NCBI GenBank assembly: GCA_937935155.1
Contig: CALGXY010000105.1
Coordinates: 3,500 to 67,499, forward strand
Reading direction: 5' to 3'
Origin: an uncultured Atopobium sp.
GTDB taxonomy: Bacteria; Actinomycetota; Coriobacteriia; Coriobacteriales; Atopobiaceae
DNA length: 64,000 bases
The notes beneath the pieces were generated by a model that made no database searches, was not told where the DNA came from, and saw nothing but the letters and a program-made list of their open reading frames with translations. Positions 10,172-19,628 of the stretch are shown here, in pieces (positions within the stretch are counted from its first letter, which is position 1; each line of letters begins with the position of its first letter). Both the position numbers and the translations under genes were made by a program.

Positions 10172-10969
10172 TTACTCCTCGTCGAGAGCAGCAGCAATCT
10201 CGTCGGTGATGTTCATGGTGCTGTAGACGTTCTGAACGTCATCGAGCTCGTCGAGCTTATCGATAAGACGCTGAACCTTCTTTGCATCAGAAACGGAGAC
10301 GTCAGTTGGGGTGGTTGGAACCATAGTAAGCTCGGAACCCTTAACCTCAATACCCTGAGCCTCGAGGCCCTTCTGGACATCCTGCATCTTGTCGTATGCA
10401 GTCCAAACAATCCACTGATCGCCAGCGTCCTCGTAATCGTTTCCGCCAGCCTCGGCAACTGCCATCATGAACTCGTCCTCGTCGACAGCGTTCTCGCGGT
10501 CAGCAACCTTCTTCTCTTCGGAGACAATAACCTTGTCAACTGCGATGGAGCCCTTGCGCTCAAACTGGAACGCAACGGAACCTGCAGTACCAAGATTGCC
10601 GCCAGAGTGGGTAAATGCGGAACGAACGTCTGCTGCGGTACGGTTCTTATTGTCAGTCAGGCAGTCAACGTAAACTGCGACACCTGCAGGACCGTATCCC
10701 TCGTAAACGATCTCCTCGTAAATGGCAGCATCAGCACCAGCGCCAAATGCCTTATCGATAGCGGCCTGAATCTTTGCGTTAGGCATGGAAACCATGCGTG
10801 CACGGGCAACAGCGGCAGACAAGCTAGCGTTGTTGTCCGGATTTGGGTCGCCACCCATCTTTGCAGCAACAGTAATGTTGCGGGAAAGCTTAGAGAACAG
10901 CGAGGAACGCTTAGCGTCGATAGCTGCTTTCTTGTGCTTGGTTGTGGCCCACTTAGAGTGTCCGGACAT
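10172..10969 (-). CDS. yebC: YebC/PmpR family protein
   Basis: MSGHSKW, YEGYGPAG, TDNKNRT, LDDVQNVY. Confidence 0.96.
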   Translation of the reverse strand: MSGHSKWATTKHKKAAIDAKRSSLFSKLSRNITVAAKMGGDPNPDNNASLSAAVARARMVSMPNAKIQAAIDKAFGAGADAAIYEEIVYEGYGPAGVAVYVDCLTDNKNRTAADVRSAFTHSGGNLGTAGSVAFQFERKGSIAVDKVIVSEEKKVADRENAVDEDEFMMAVAEAGGNDYEDAGDQWIVWTAYDKMQDVQKGLEAQGIEVKGSELTMVPTTPTDVSVSDAKKVQRLIDKLDELDDVQNVYSTMNITDEIAAALDEE

Positions 10970-11159
10970 TGCACTCTCCTTCTTTAGAGGTTCGAAAACC
11001 TAATTATCACATTAGCCCTTATACGTTACACGAAATCAAGAAGCGAGAAAAGACTTATTTTGCAGATATGGAGACTTGTGCACGCCATACGCCGAGAAAC
11101 CCGTCGACTCGCCATCTCCGCGCACGTCCGCGCAGCACCTCCGTGCGACGCTCTCGCTC

Positions 11160-12077
11160 CTACTCCACCAGCTCAACGTGGATGGACTCCGCGATCTTCT
11201 CGACCAGTGCAAAGTCGCCCAAGCCAGCACTCATCGCAACGTTTCCACCGGTAGCCATCGCGCGCGTCAGAGCCTTCTCGACAGCCGACGGATCCTCAAG
11301 CCAAACCGACATGAAGCTTGCCAGCGTCGAATCACCTGCACACGCCGTCGAAAGCACTTCTACCTGCGCAGCATTTGCGTGCCAGACATGCTCGCCGTTG
11401 AAGAAATACGCGCCCTCGCCGCCTAGTGTGAGCAAGATGTTCTTTGCTCCGCGCTCGTGAATCTTGTGGAGGGCGAGAAGGACGTCGGCCTCGTTATGAA
11501 CGTCGACACCAAAGATCTCTGCCACTTCTTCGTCGTTTGGCTTAATGAGCAGCGGTTTTTTCTCGACAAGTTCTGCAAGGTGTTTATGAGAGATGTCCAA
11601 AACCAGCTCAGCGCCACACTCATGGCAAAGGTCAAAGAGCTCGTCATAGAAAGTTGAATCCATCTCAGGAGAAAGCGAACCAGAAACCACCAGCACGTCC
11701 AGGTCGGGAGCATTGCGCAGCAGCTCAAGCATCTCGTCTTGCTTGGAGCGAATAACGGGAGCACCTGCATTAGGGAACTTGAGCTCACCTTCTGGTGTGG
11801 TAACAAAAATGTTTACGCGGGTGATGCCGTCAATCCACACAGGCTTGACCGAGCAAATCTTAGATGCCTCTTCAACAATATAGTTGCCCGAGAAGCCACC
11901 AAAAAAGCCCAGGATAGTGGACTCAACGCCGTAGTGAGCAAGCGTAAACGAGACGTTGAGACCCTTGCCGTTTGGCGTGTAAACGGCGTCGGTTGTGCGG
12001 TTGACGTGCGTATAAGAAGGAACTCCCGAATTGACGTTCATGTCGATTGCGGGATTAGTGGTAAGTGTGTAAATCAT
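11160..12077 (-). CDS. 1-phosphofructokinase family hexose kinase (PfkB/FruK/LacC)
   Basis: MIYTLTTNPAID, GKGLNVS, IKPNDEE, TACAGDS; start reset to MIYT. Confidence 0.92.
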   Translation of the reverse strand: MIYTLTTNPAIDMNVNSGVPSYTHVNRTTDAVYTPNGKGLNVSFTLAHYGVESTILGFFGGFSGNYIVEEASKICSVKPVWIDGITRVNIFVTTPEGELKFPNAGAPVIRSKQDEMLELLRNAPDLDVLVVSGSLSPEMDSTFYDELFDLCHECGAELVLDISHKHLAELVEKKPLLIKPNDEEVAEIFGVDVHNEADVLLALHKIHERGAKNILLTLGGEGAYFFNGEHVWHANAAQVEVLSTACAGDSTLASFMSVWLEDPSAVEKALTRAMATGGNVAMSAGLGDFALVEKIAESIHVELVE

Positions 12078-12218
12078 CAAAGCTCCCTCTGGAACAAAAA
12101 TGGACCCGACGAAATCGCCGAGTCCATATTTTACTTCGATTATCTGAGTCTGCACCCAAACTGTACGTAAATTCTGGGCAAAACTCAAACGACGCCGAGT
12201 GCGTGCTAAGCGTAACGC

Positions 12219-13724
12219 TTAGCCCTCGACAATCTGGTTGCCGTTCTTGCGGTACTCGTATGCCTTGAAAGCAACAAAGAGAATACCACCAACAACAGCG
12301 CCGATGAGAATGGCGAGAACCCACTTAAGGCCGCCATCGACAACGGGAAGAACCAGGAAACCACCGTGAGGTGCTGGGTCGTGAACGCCAAAGAGCAGCG
12401 TCAGGATGGAGCCGATGGAGGAACCAATCATCATGATAGGCATGACAGGCCAAATGTTCTTGGTCATGAATGGAATTGCGCCCTCGGTAATGTGGGTGCA
12501 GCCAAGAATGAAGTTGACCAGACCAGCGTTGAAGTCGGACTTGGTGAAGTACTTCTTACCAACAACGACAGCAAAGGTGGTAATCAGTGGAGGAACAATA
12601 CAAGCAGCAGAAACTGCAGCCATGAAGTTGGTGCCAAACTCATAGGTTGGGGTACCAATGCCAGCATTGAGGGCCTCAGTCAGAAGAGCAGTACCGGTAA
12701 CGTAAGCTGCCTTGTTAACTGGGCCACCCATGTCAAATGCGCACATGCAACCAATTGCAAGACCAAGGACAATTGGACCAGAAGCAGAAAGGCCGCGCAG
12801 GAAGTTCATCATGCCGGTGTTGATTGCTGCCATTGGACCAGAAATACCCAGCATAACCAGGCCAACAATGGTGGTGGAAAGCAGTGGGTACAGGAAGATT
12901 GCCTTCAGGCCATCAAGGTTCTTTGGAAGACCTGCAAGGAGCTTCTCAAGACCAACGATGACATAACCAGCAAGGAAGCCGCCAACAATACCGCCCAAGA
13001 AGCCAAAACCAACACCAGCGCCACCAGCATCAATCATGCCAGTGTTAGGGTTGATTGGAAGGCCCTGAATAGCAATCATACCTGCAACAAAGCCAGGAAC
13101 AAGAGCAGGACGCTTGCCGATAGACTCTGCAATGTAAGCAGAAAGAACTGGAACCATAAGGCCCATTGCAATGCCGCCGATGATCTTGAGCATGGCAGCA
13201 AAGCTGTTGTAGTCAGGTGCAGTGGAGCTGAAGGAAGTAATACCCCAGAGGAATGAAACAGCCGTCAGAACACCACCAGCAACAACAAAGACCAGCATGT
13301 GGCTAACGCCGTTCATGAGGTGCTTGTAGATGATGTGGCCTACAGACTCCTTCTCAATGGTGCTTGAGACTGGAGCGTCATCTGCCTCTGCAAGCTCGCC
13401 CTCAGGCTGAGCAACAAGAGCGCGGTCGATAAGACCCTCTGCATCCTTAATAGCTGCAGTAACACCAACATTTACCATTGGTTTTCCGGCAAAACGCTCA
13501 GCCTGAACGTCCTTATCGGCAGCAACAACTACTGCCTTGGCGTTCCTAATTTCAGCTGCGGTGAGCTCGTTCTCTACACCGACCTGGCCGTGCGTCTCAA
13601 CCTTAATGGTAAGACCTTTAGCTGCGGCGGCCTTCTCCAGGGCCTCCTTAGCCATAAAGGTGTGCGCAATACCGGTTGGGCAACCAGTAGCAGCAACGAT
13701 GTCATACTTTGACTCGTCAGCCAC
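12219..13724 (-). CDS. fruA: PTS fructose-family IIBC component
   Basis: ATGCPTGIAHTFMA IIB motif; FDMGGPVNKAAY and ITEGAIPF IIC motifs; GTG start; no IIA domain. Confidence 0.93.
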   Translation of the reverse strand: MADESKYDIVAATGCPTGIAHTFMAKEALEKAAAAKGLTIKVETHGQVGVENELTAAEIRNAKAVVVAADKDVQAERFAGKPMVNVGVTAAIKDAEGLIDRALVAQPEGELAEADDAPVSSTIEKESVGHIIYKHLMNGVSHMLVFVVAGGVLTAVSFLWGITSFSSTAPDYNSFAAMLKIIGGIAMGLMVPVLSAYIAESIGKRPALVPGFVAGMIAIQGLPINPNTGMIDAGGAGVGFGFLGGIVGGFLAGYVIVGLEKLLAGLPKNLDGLKAIFLYPLLSTTIVGLVMLGISGPMAAINTGMMNFLRGLSASGPIVLGLAIGCMCAFDMGGPVNKAAYVTGTALLTEALNAGIGTPTYEFGTNFMAAVSAACIVPPLITTFAVVVGKKYFTKSDFNAGLVNFILGCTHITEGAIPFMTKNIWPVMPIMMIGSSIGSILTLLFGVHDPAPHGGFLVLPVVDGGLKWVLAILIGAVVGGILFVAFKAYEYRKNGNQIVEG

Positions 13725-13969
13725 AGCACTCCCCTTTCATCCTAGTGCTCGGAATTGTTCCAAACACAACCAAAAAAGCTGCTCAATGTTAGCACTGAGC
13801 AGCTTTGACAACTACGTTTTTACATAAATTGTAATCAGAAAATTATGTTATTGAACGTACTTTCATTTAGTACAGTGTTTGTGACAAAAATTCTGATGTT
13901 TTTCTCGCCAAGAGCCCTCACGTACGTACCCTTTTCCAGACGAGAAGATCATGCGCCAAAAACTTGCTT

Positions 13970-14938
13970 CTACTCAGCGCTCTCCTGGCCAAAACGCTCT
14001 TGCCTCAGGCGCAGCGCCTCGTATGCGCAACCATACATTGCAGCCTGATTGCCCAAGCTCGCAGCCTCAATACGAGCGCCCTTGCTTACCGGTAGAGCGT
14101 ACTGCTCAAAACACTCGCGAAGCTCGGTAGCAAACGTTGCAAACGAACCCGCAACACCGCCGCCAATCAAGAACATGGCAGGATCAACCACGCACGAAAC
14201 CTGCGCCATAGCAAGACCCAGGTAGTGGCACATCTTGTGGATGGCAAGGGTTGCGCACTCATCGCCTTGAGCGTGAGCTCTAAACACGGACACCGTATCA
14301 GTCTCGTGCTCAATAGTCACAGGAACAACACCTCGAGAAACGCATTCCTCCAGGTACAGGCGGACAACACCCTTAGCAGAAGCATACTGCTCCAGGCAAC
14401 CGTGGCGACCACAACCGCAGGTCAACGTCTCTTCTGGCTCAACAATGATGTGACCAATCTCACCACCCGCTCCAAAAGCACCCGCAGCAAGCTTGCCGTC
14501 TACAACAACACCTGCACCAACCCCGGTACCCAGCGCAATCAGCACAAACGACGGCACACCCACGGCAACGCCAGCCCACGCTTCGCCCAGAGCAGCGGCG
14601 TTAGCATCGTTGACAAACGCAATGGTTGCGTTCGGCAGGCACATATTGATTGCCTGCACCAATCCCTCAGGATCAATGTCTACATTGGCGAGAAGACCAA
14701 CGGTTCCGTCATCTGCAACAGGACCTGGAATATCCAAACCACACGCAATAACATCGTTGCGGCTTGCTTTTTGGCCATGAACAATCAGCTTAATAGCATC
14801 GGTTACCGTCTGATAACCGCCCTCGTTATCAAGTGCGGGCGTCTTAACCTTCTGCTCAGAAAGCAGCTCTCCTTCTGCAGAAAAAAGTCCCAGTTTGATG
14901 GTGGTACCACCAACATCAATGCCCAATACGTATTCCAT
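13970..14938 (-). CDS. ROK family glucokinase
   Basis: GIDVGGTTIK, NDANAAALGE, GEIGH, CGCGRHGCLEQYAS. Confidence 0.93.
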   Translation of the reverse strand: MEYVLGIDVGGTTIKLGLFSAEGELLSEQKVKTPALDNEGGYQTVTDAIKLIVHGQKASRNDVIACGLDIPGPVADDGTVGLLANVDIDPEGLVQAINMCLPNATIAFVNDANAAALGEAWAGVAVGVPSFVLIALGTGVGAGVVVDGKLAAGAFGAGGEIGHIIVEPEETLTCGCGRHGCLEQYASAKGVVRLYLEECVSRGVVPVTIEHETDTVSVFRAHAQGDECATLAIHKMCHYLGLAMAQVSCVVDPAMFLIGGGVAGSFATFATELRECFEQYALPVSKGARIEAASLGNQAAMYGCAYEALRLRQERFGQESAE

Positions 14939-14946
14939 GAAACCCC

Positions 14947-15948
14947 CTAGTTACCGCGCTTAAGCGCACCCTCAACAAGCTGCGCAAGAACGTCTTCAAC
15001 AGCGTATCCTGCAGCCTCAATAGCCATTGGAACAAGGGAGGTCTCAGTGAGTCCTGGGAATGTCTTTAAGCCCATGACCAATACGTGATGTCCATCCCAA
15101 ATAAAATCAATACGAGCAAGATCTCTGCAGCCATAAGCGGTGTACACCTCAAGAGCTGCGCGCTCAAGAGCCTCACGAGCAGCAGCTGGATCTGCGCCAA
15201 GTGCTGCCAAAGACTCAGGACGAACAGGGCAGAAATGCTGAATACGCTCTGGATCAAGGCGAGCATCCGTGTCGTAAATACCCTTGGTCACTGAAATCTC
15301 TACTGGTGGCAGGGTTTTCTCGCCATCTGCGTCAGAGAGCACGGTAACGCTTACTTCAACGCCATCAACCCACTGCTGGATAATGACGGAGTCGTCAAAA
15401 CCAAGTGCGCCGAGAAGTGCTGGTCCAAGCTGGTCAGCACTGTCAACCTTAGAAAGGCCCATAGCAGAGCCGCCGTGAACGGGCTTGACTGCTAGAGGGA
15501 AGCCAACACCGCCACCAAGGCGCTCGGGAACCAGATCTAGAGCAGCTGCGGCCCCAAGATCTTTAAACGCACTGGCAGTCAGCACAATCTGAGGAGGCCA
15601 AATGACCTCAGATTCATTCTTTGACCAGGTCTGACGCACAATAAACGGCATGTCTGCCTTGTTCCAAGCTGCCCTACAAGAAGCTGGCCTTGAACCAACA
15701 TATGGAATCTTAAGGAACTCCAAAAGAGCAGGTACCGCACCATCTTCTCCGCCCGCGCCGTGAAGGCACACAAACGCAACATCGGGTTTCTCGGCACGAA
15801 GGGTGTCTACCAGATGTGCGTCAGCATCAAGTGGTAATACCTCATACCCGTGCTTCTCTAAAGCCTCAGAGACAAGAGCTCCACTTTTGAGCGAGAAGTT
15901 CCTCTCAAATGAGGCTCCACCCATAATGACAGCAACTTTTGTAGCCAT
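14947..15948 (-). CDS. D-alanine--D-alanine ligase-like ATP-grasp protein (atypical active site)
   Basis: GGASFER..SLKSG, LHGAGGEDG, VKPVHGGSAMG, LARIDF; E-x-N motif replaced by GLK. Confidence 0.85.
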   Translation of the reverse strand: MATKVAVIMGGASFERNFSLKSGALVSEALEKHGYEVLPLDADAHLVDTLRAEKPDVAFVCLHGAGGEDGAVPALLEFLKIPYVGSRPASCRAAWNKADMPFIVRQTWSKNESEVIWPPQIVLTASAFKDLGAAAALDLVPERLGGGVGFPLAVKPVHGGSAMGLSKVDSADQLGPALLGALGFDDSVIIQQWVDGVEVSVTVLSDADGEKTLPPVEISVTKGIYDTDARLDPERIQHFCPVRPESLAALGADPAAAREALERAALEVYTAYGCRDLARIDFIWDGHHVLVMGLKTFPGLTETSLVPMAIEAAGYAVEDVLAQLVEGALKRGN

Positions 15949-15950
15949 AC

Positions 15951-17249
15951 TTAACACTCCCTTGCAGAGGATTGAGATTCAGAATGAGAAGACTCAGGTA
16001 GAGCGCCCGCCTCTAGGAATGCGCGATACAGCGCCATGCGATCTTGGACGCACAAAGACAGCCTGCGGATTGCCTCGTGGATGCGCTCTGGCGTCTCAAA
16101 TGAGTAGCACAGGCGCATACTTGAACTAATACGCTGGTCAGGATAGCAATAAACACCTGGTACAAAGGCAACTCCCTCTTCGATTGCACGAGGAAGCAAC
16201 TGCTCAGTGTTGAGGTATGGCGGGAAGGTTACCCACAGGAACAAACCGCCCTCTGGCTTAGTCCAGGTAACGTCTTTGGGGAAGAACTCTGCAAGCGCTG
16301 CGAGCATGGCGTCTTTTCTCTCTTTATAGCGAGACTTAGACACCTCAAGCGCTGCTTGCCAATCAACCTCATTGAAGTAGTGCTCAGCAAGAATCATGTT
16401 AAAGGGGCTGGTACACAGATCAGAGCCAGACTTAGCAAGGTTGATGCGCTCAAGGAAGTGACGAGGTGCAACCATCCATGCAAGACGCAGTCCAGGGGCA
16501 AAAATCTTTGACGTGGTTCCCAAATAAATGACATTTGGATCAAGCGTCTTAAGGCGTGTTAGATCTTCTCCCTCAAAGCGGATAAGACCATACGGATCAT
16601 CCTCAACAACAGGGATGTTGTACAGGTGAGCCAGCTCAAGAAGGCGCAGACGCCTTGGCATAGACATGGTGATGCCGGCAGGATTGTTAAAGTTAGGAAT
16701 AACGTAGATGAACTTAGGCTTTCTGCCTTGGTCTGCAAGCTCTTTAAGCTTTGCCTCAAGCAGGTCTGTTCTGATGCCTTCTTCGTCCATATCAATGGTG
16801 TGAACAGTAGGCTCATACGCGGAAAATGCCTGGAACGCGCCAAGATAGCTTGGACCCTCACAGATAATATCGTCCCCTGGGTTAAGAAAGACACGACCCA
16901 AGAAATCAAGCGCCTGCTGAGAACCAGAAGTCAAAATCATCTCGTCAGGATCAGCCTCGACGCCCTGAGCAGCTAAAATCTTGCAGATGGTCCTTCTGCA
17001 CTCAATGCGGCCATCAGAGTTGCCGTACTGAAGAGACCTAAGTCCCTCAACAGCAACGCAGCGTCGAGCACACTCTGCAACCTGATCAAGCGGCAGCGAA
17101 GAAATGTCTGGCAGACCACCAGACAGCGCAATGACACCTGGACGAGACAGGGCCGCAAACAAATCTCGTACTTCGCTTTTTCGCATGGTTTGAACGCGAT
17201 CTGCGTAAAGATCACTCCATACGTCAAACGAGATTCTGCTGTCATCCAT
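15951..17249 (-). CDS. PLP-dependent aminotransferase class I/II (LysN/MocR-catalytic-like, no HTH)
   Basis: SGSQQALD, PNFNNPAG, VEDDPY, TTSKIFAPGLRLAW. Confidence 0.92.
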   Translation of the reverse strand: MDDSRISFDVWSDLYADRVQTMRKSEVRDLFAALSRPGVIALSGGLPDISSLPLDQVAECARRCVAVEGLRSLQYGNSDGRIECRRTICKILAAQGVEADPDEMILTSGSQQALDFLGRVFLNPGDDIICEGPSYLGAFQAFSAYEPTVHTIDMDEEGIRTDLLEAKLKELADQGRKPKFIYVIPNFNNPAGITMSMPRRLRLLELAHLYNIPVVEDDPYGLIRFEGEDLTRLKTLDPNVIYLGTTSKIFAPGLRLAWMVAPRHFLERINLAKSGSDLCTSPFNMILAEHYFNEVDWQAALEVSKSRYKERKDAMLAALAEFFPKDVTWTKPEGGLFLWVTFPPYLNTEQLLPRAIEEGVAFVPGVYCYPDQRISSSMRLCYSFETPERIHEAIRRLSLCVQDRMALYRAFLEAGALPESSHSESQSSAREC

Positions 17250-17444
17250 AGAACTCTTACTCCTTACAAGCCATCTTTGGGCAAAATTGTGCCGAAAAGA
17301 TGTGCTTATTGTTTTAGGACGTAGTCTTTTTAGTATCGCTCAAATATCAATAAATAACAGGGTAAAATATGACGCAATTGCTAAACGGTTACATATAACC
17401 GGCAAACATACTGGTCGCTCCTAAATTTTGTAGAGAGGATTTTT

Positions 17445-19001
17445 ATGGACAGCGCACATAACACTGTTGAATTGAACGCAGCGCTTTCAAATCCCCGCGA
17501 TGATATCGCTAAACTTGATGAACTTGAGAAGAAGCTCTTTGCCTTCAACTACGCAGCTAATGAGATTGGCTCTTTTGGACCATGTATCGATCCAAAAAAG
17601 GCTGCTGAAGAGCGCGGAGAAGCCCTGGCAATCCTTGGTGAACAGGTCCAGGAAACCCTCTGTGATCCTGCTGTTGGCGCACTGCTTGATAGACTTCACG
17701 AGAATCGCGCTCTACTTGATGAGACTCATCGCGCACAAGTTAAAATTCTTCGTCGCGATAGAAGCCAGCTGGTAGATGTACCTGTTGAGCTTCAGAGCAA
17801 CTTTGTTCGTCTTACCACAGAGGCTAATGAGGTCTGGGAGCAGGCAAAGAACAGCGATGACTGGTCACTCTTTGCTCCAAAGCTGGATAGCTTAATTGAG
17901 CTTCGCAAAGAGATGTGCCAGGCACGTGATGCTTCCAAAGACCCATATGATCTCTTACTCAGCGATTTTGAGCACGGCACCAACAGAGAGTTCTACAACA
18001 CCTTCTTCAATAATGTTAAAGAAGTGGTAGTTCCTCTGGTTGCTGATTGTATGGCTTCTAAGCGTCAGCCAAGCACCAAACCTCTTGAGGGTAAGTTTGA
18101 CGTTAACCGTCAGTGGGATCTTGCAAAAGACCTGGTAAAGCTCCAGGGTCTTGACGAGGACGCTTACTGGCTTGGCAAAACTGAGCACCCTTACACCGGT
18201 GGCCCTGGTATCGGCTTTGTTATGGTTGCCAGCCACGCTTACGAGAATAACGTTCTCTCCAATGTCTATTCCATGCTGCATGAGAACGGTCACGCCCTCT
18301 ACGAGCAGGGCATTAACTGGGAGTACCGCTTTACCTCTCTGAGCACCGGCACTTCTATGGGCATGCACGAGTCCCAGTCTAGGTTCTTTGAGAACTACGT
18401 TGGCCTTTCTGAGGCATTTGCCGAGCCTCTGATACAGCTTATGCGCAAGCACTTCCCTGGTCAGCTGAATCGCGTTACTGCCTTCCAGCTCTTCTCGGCA
18501 GCTAATAAAGTACAGCCAAGTCTCATCCGCACTGAGGCGGACGAGCTCACCTATCCTCTGCACATCCTCATCCGTTACGAAATGGAGCAGGCACTTTTGT
18601 CTGGCGAGATTACTGCAAAGGATGTCCCAGCTCTTTGGGCCGAGAAGTACAAGCAGTACCTGGGCGTTGCGGTTCCAAATAACACTGAGGGCGCTCTCCA
18701 GGATGTTCACTGGTCATGGGGTGAGTTTGGCTACTTCCCAACCTATGCACTTGGTAGCGCTTATGGCGCGCAGTACAAGCACGCCATGATTGCTGAGGGC
18801 ATGGACTTTGACGCCGTCTGCGCATCTGGAGATCTTGCTCCTATTAGGGAGTGGCTGGGCAGCCGTATTTGGACTTGGGGCCGTGCAAAAGACTCCAAAG
18901 AGCTCATCTTGGGCGCATGCGGTGAGCCATTTGACGTCCACTACTACACAGAGTATCTGACCGACAAATACTCTCGCATCTATGGTCTGGCCAGCGCATA
19001 A
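17445..19001 (+). CDS. Carboxypeptidase, family M32
   Basis: HENGHALYEQG, HESQS, IRTEADELTYPLH, LQDVHW, GYFPTYALG. Confidence 0.96.
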   Translation: MDSAHNTVELNAALSNPRDDIAKLDELEKKLFAFNYAANEIGSFGPCIDPKKAAEERGEALAILGEQVQETLCDPAVGALLDRLHENRALLDETHRAQVKILRRDRSQLVDVPVELQSNFVRLTTEANEVWEQAKNSDDWSLFAPKLDSLIELRKEMCQARDASKDPYDLLLSDFEHGTNREFYNTFFNNVKEVVVPLVADCMASKRQPSTKPLEGKFDVNRQWDLAKDLVKLQGLDEDAYWLGKTEHPYTGGPGIGFVMVASHAYENNVLSNVYSMLHENGHALYEQGINWEYRFTSLSTGTSMGMHESQSRFFENYVGLSEAFAEPLIQLMRKHFPGQLNRVTAFQLFSAANKVQPSLIRTEADELTYPLHILIRYEMEQALLSGEITAKDVPALWAEKYKQYLGVAVPNNTEGALQDVHWSWGEFGYFPTYALGSAYGAQYKHAMIAEGMDFDAVCASGDLAPIREWLGSRIWTWGRAKDSKELILGACGEPFDVHYYTEYLTDKYSRIYGLASA

Positions 19002-19062
19002 GCGCACGCCGTAGGCGCGAGTAGAAATACCTGTCCTCTATTAACTACACGAAAGGGATGAA

Positions 19063-19512
19063 ATGAAAAAGTTTGTCGAGGAGTTTAAAGAGTTTATCCA
19101 GCAGGGCAATGTTATGGACATGGCTATTGGTATCATCATTGGCGGCGCATTTACCGCTATTGTTACCTCCCTTGTCAATGACATCATCAACCCATTTATT
19201 AAGCTGATCTCTGGTGGTGGTACCGAGGTTTCTGGTCTTTCCATTCCAGTTCCTGGCACCCAGAACGGCATTGACTTTGGTGCGTTTATCAGTGCAATCA
19301 TCAACTTCCTGATCATTGCATTCATTGTCTTCTGCATGGTTAAGGCCCTCAATAAGTTCATGAAGGCTTCCAAGCTTAAGAAGGACGAAGAAGAGACTGT
19401 TGAAGAGGTTGCAGCTCCACACTGCCCACACTGCCTTGAAGAGGTTAAAGAAGGCGCAACTCGCTGCCCACACTGCACTGGTGAGATTGAGGGTGGCGCA
19501 CACGCTGCGTAA
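19063..19512 (+). CDS. mscL: Large-conductance mechanosensitive channel with C-terminal CxxC..CxxC ribbon
   Basis: EFKEFIQQGNVMDMAIGIIIGGAF; FGAFISAIINFLIIAF; CPHC twice at the C-terminus. Confidence 0.95.
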   Translation: MKKFVEEFKEFIQQGNVMDMAIGIIIGGAFTAIVTSLVNDIINPFIKLISGGGTEVSGLSIPVPGTQNGIDFGAFISAIINFLIIAFIVFCMVKALNKFMKASKLKKDEEETVEEVAAPHCPHCLEEVKEGATRCPHCTGEIEGGAHAA

Positions 19513-19566
19513 GCTTTACACCAAGCTTTACATCACCGTCCTTTTACACATGTAAAAGTTGGCAAG

Positions 19567-19599
19567 AAAAAAGCAGGCATATCATATGCCTGCTTTTTT
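19567..19599. terminator. Bidirectional intrinsic terminator
   Basis: AAAAAAGCAGGCATA-TCA-TATGCCTGCTTTTTT between convergent genes. Confidence 0.9.
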
Positions 19600-19628
19600 G
19601 TTAGTAAAAGAAACCAGAAAAGGCTGGG

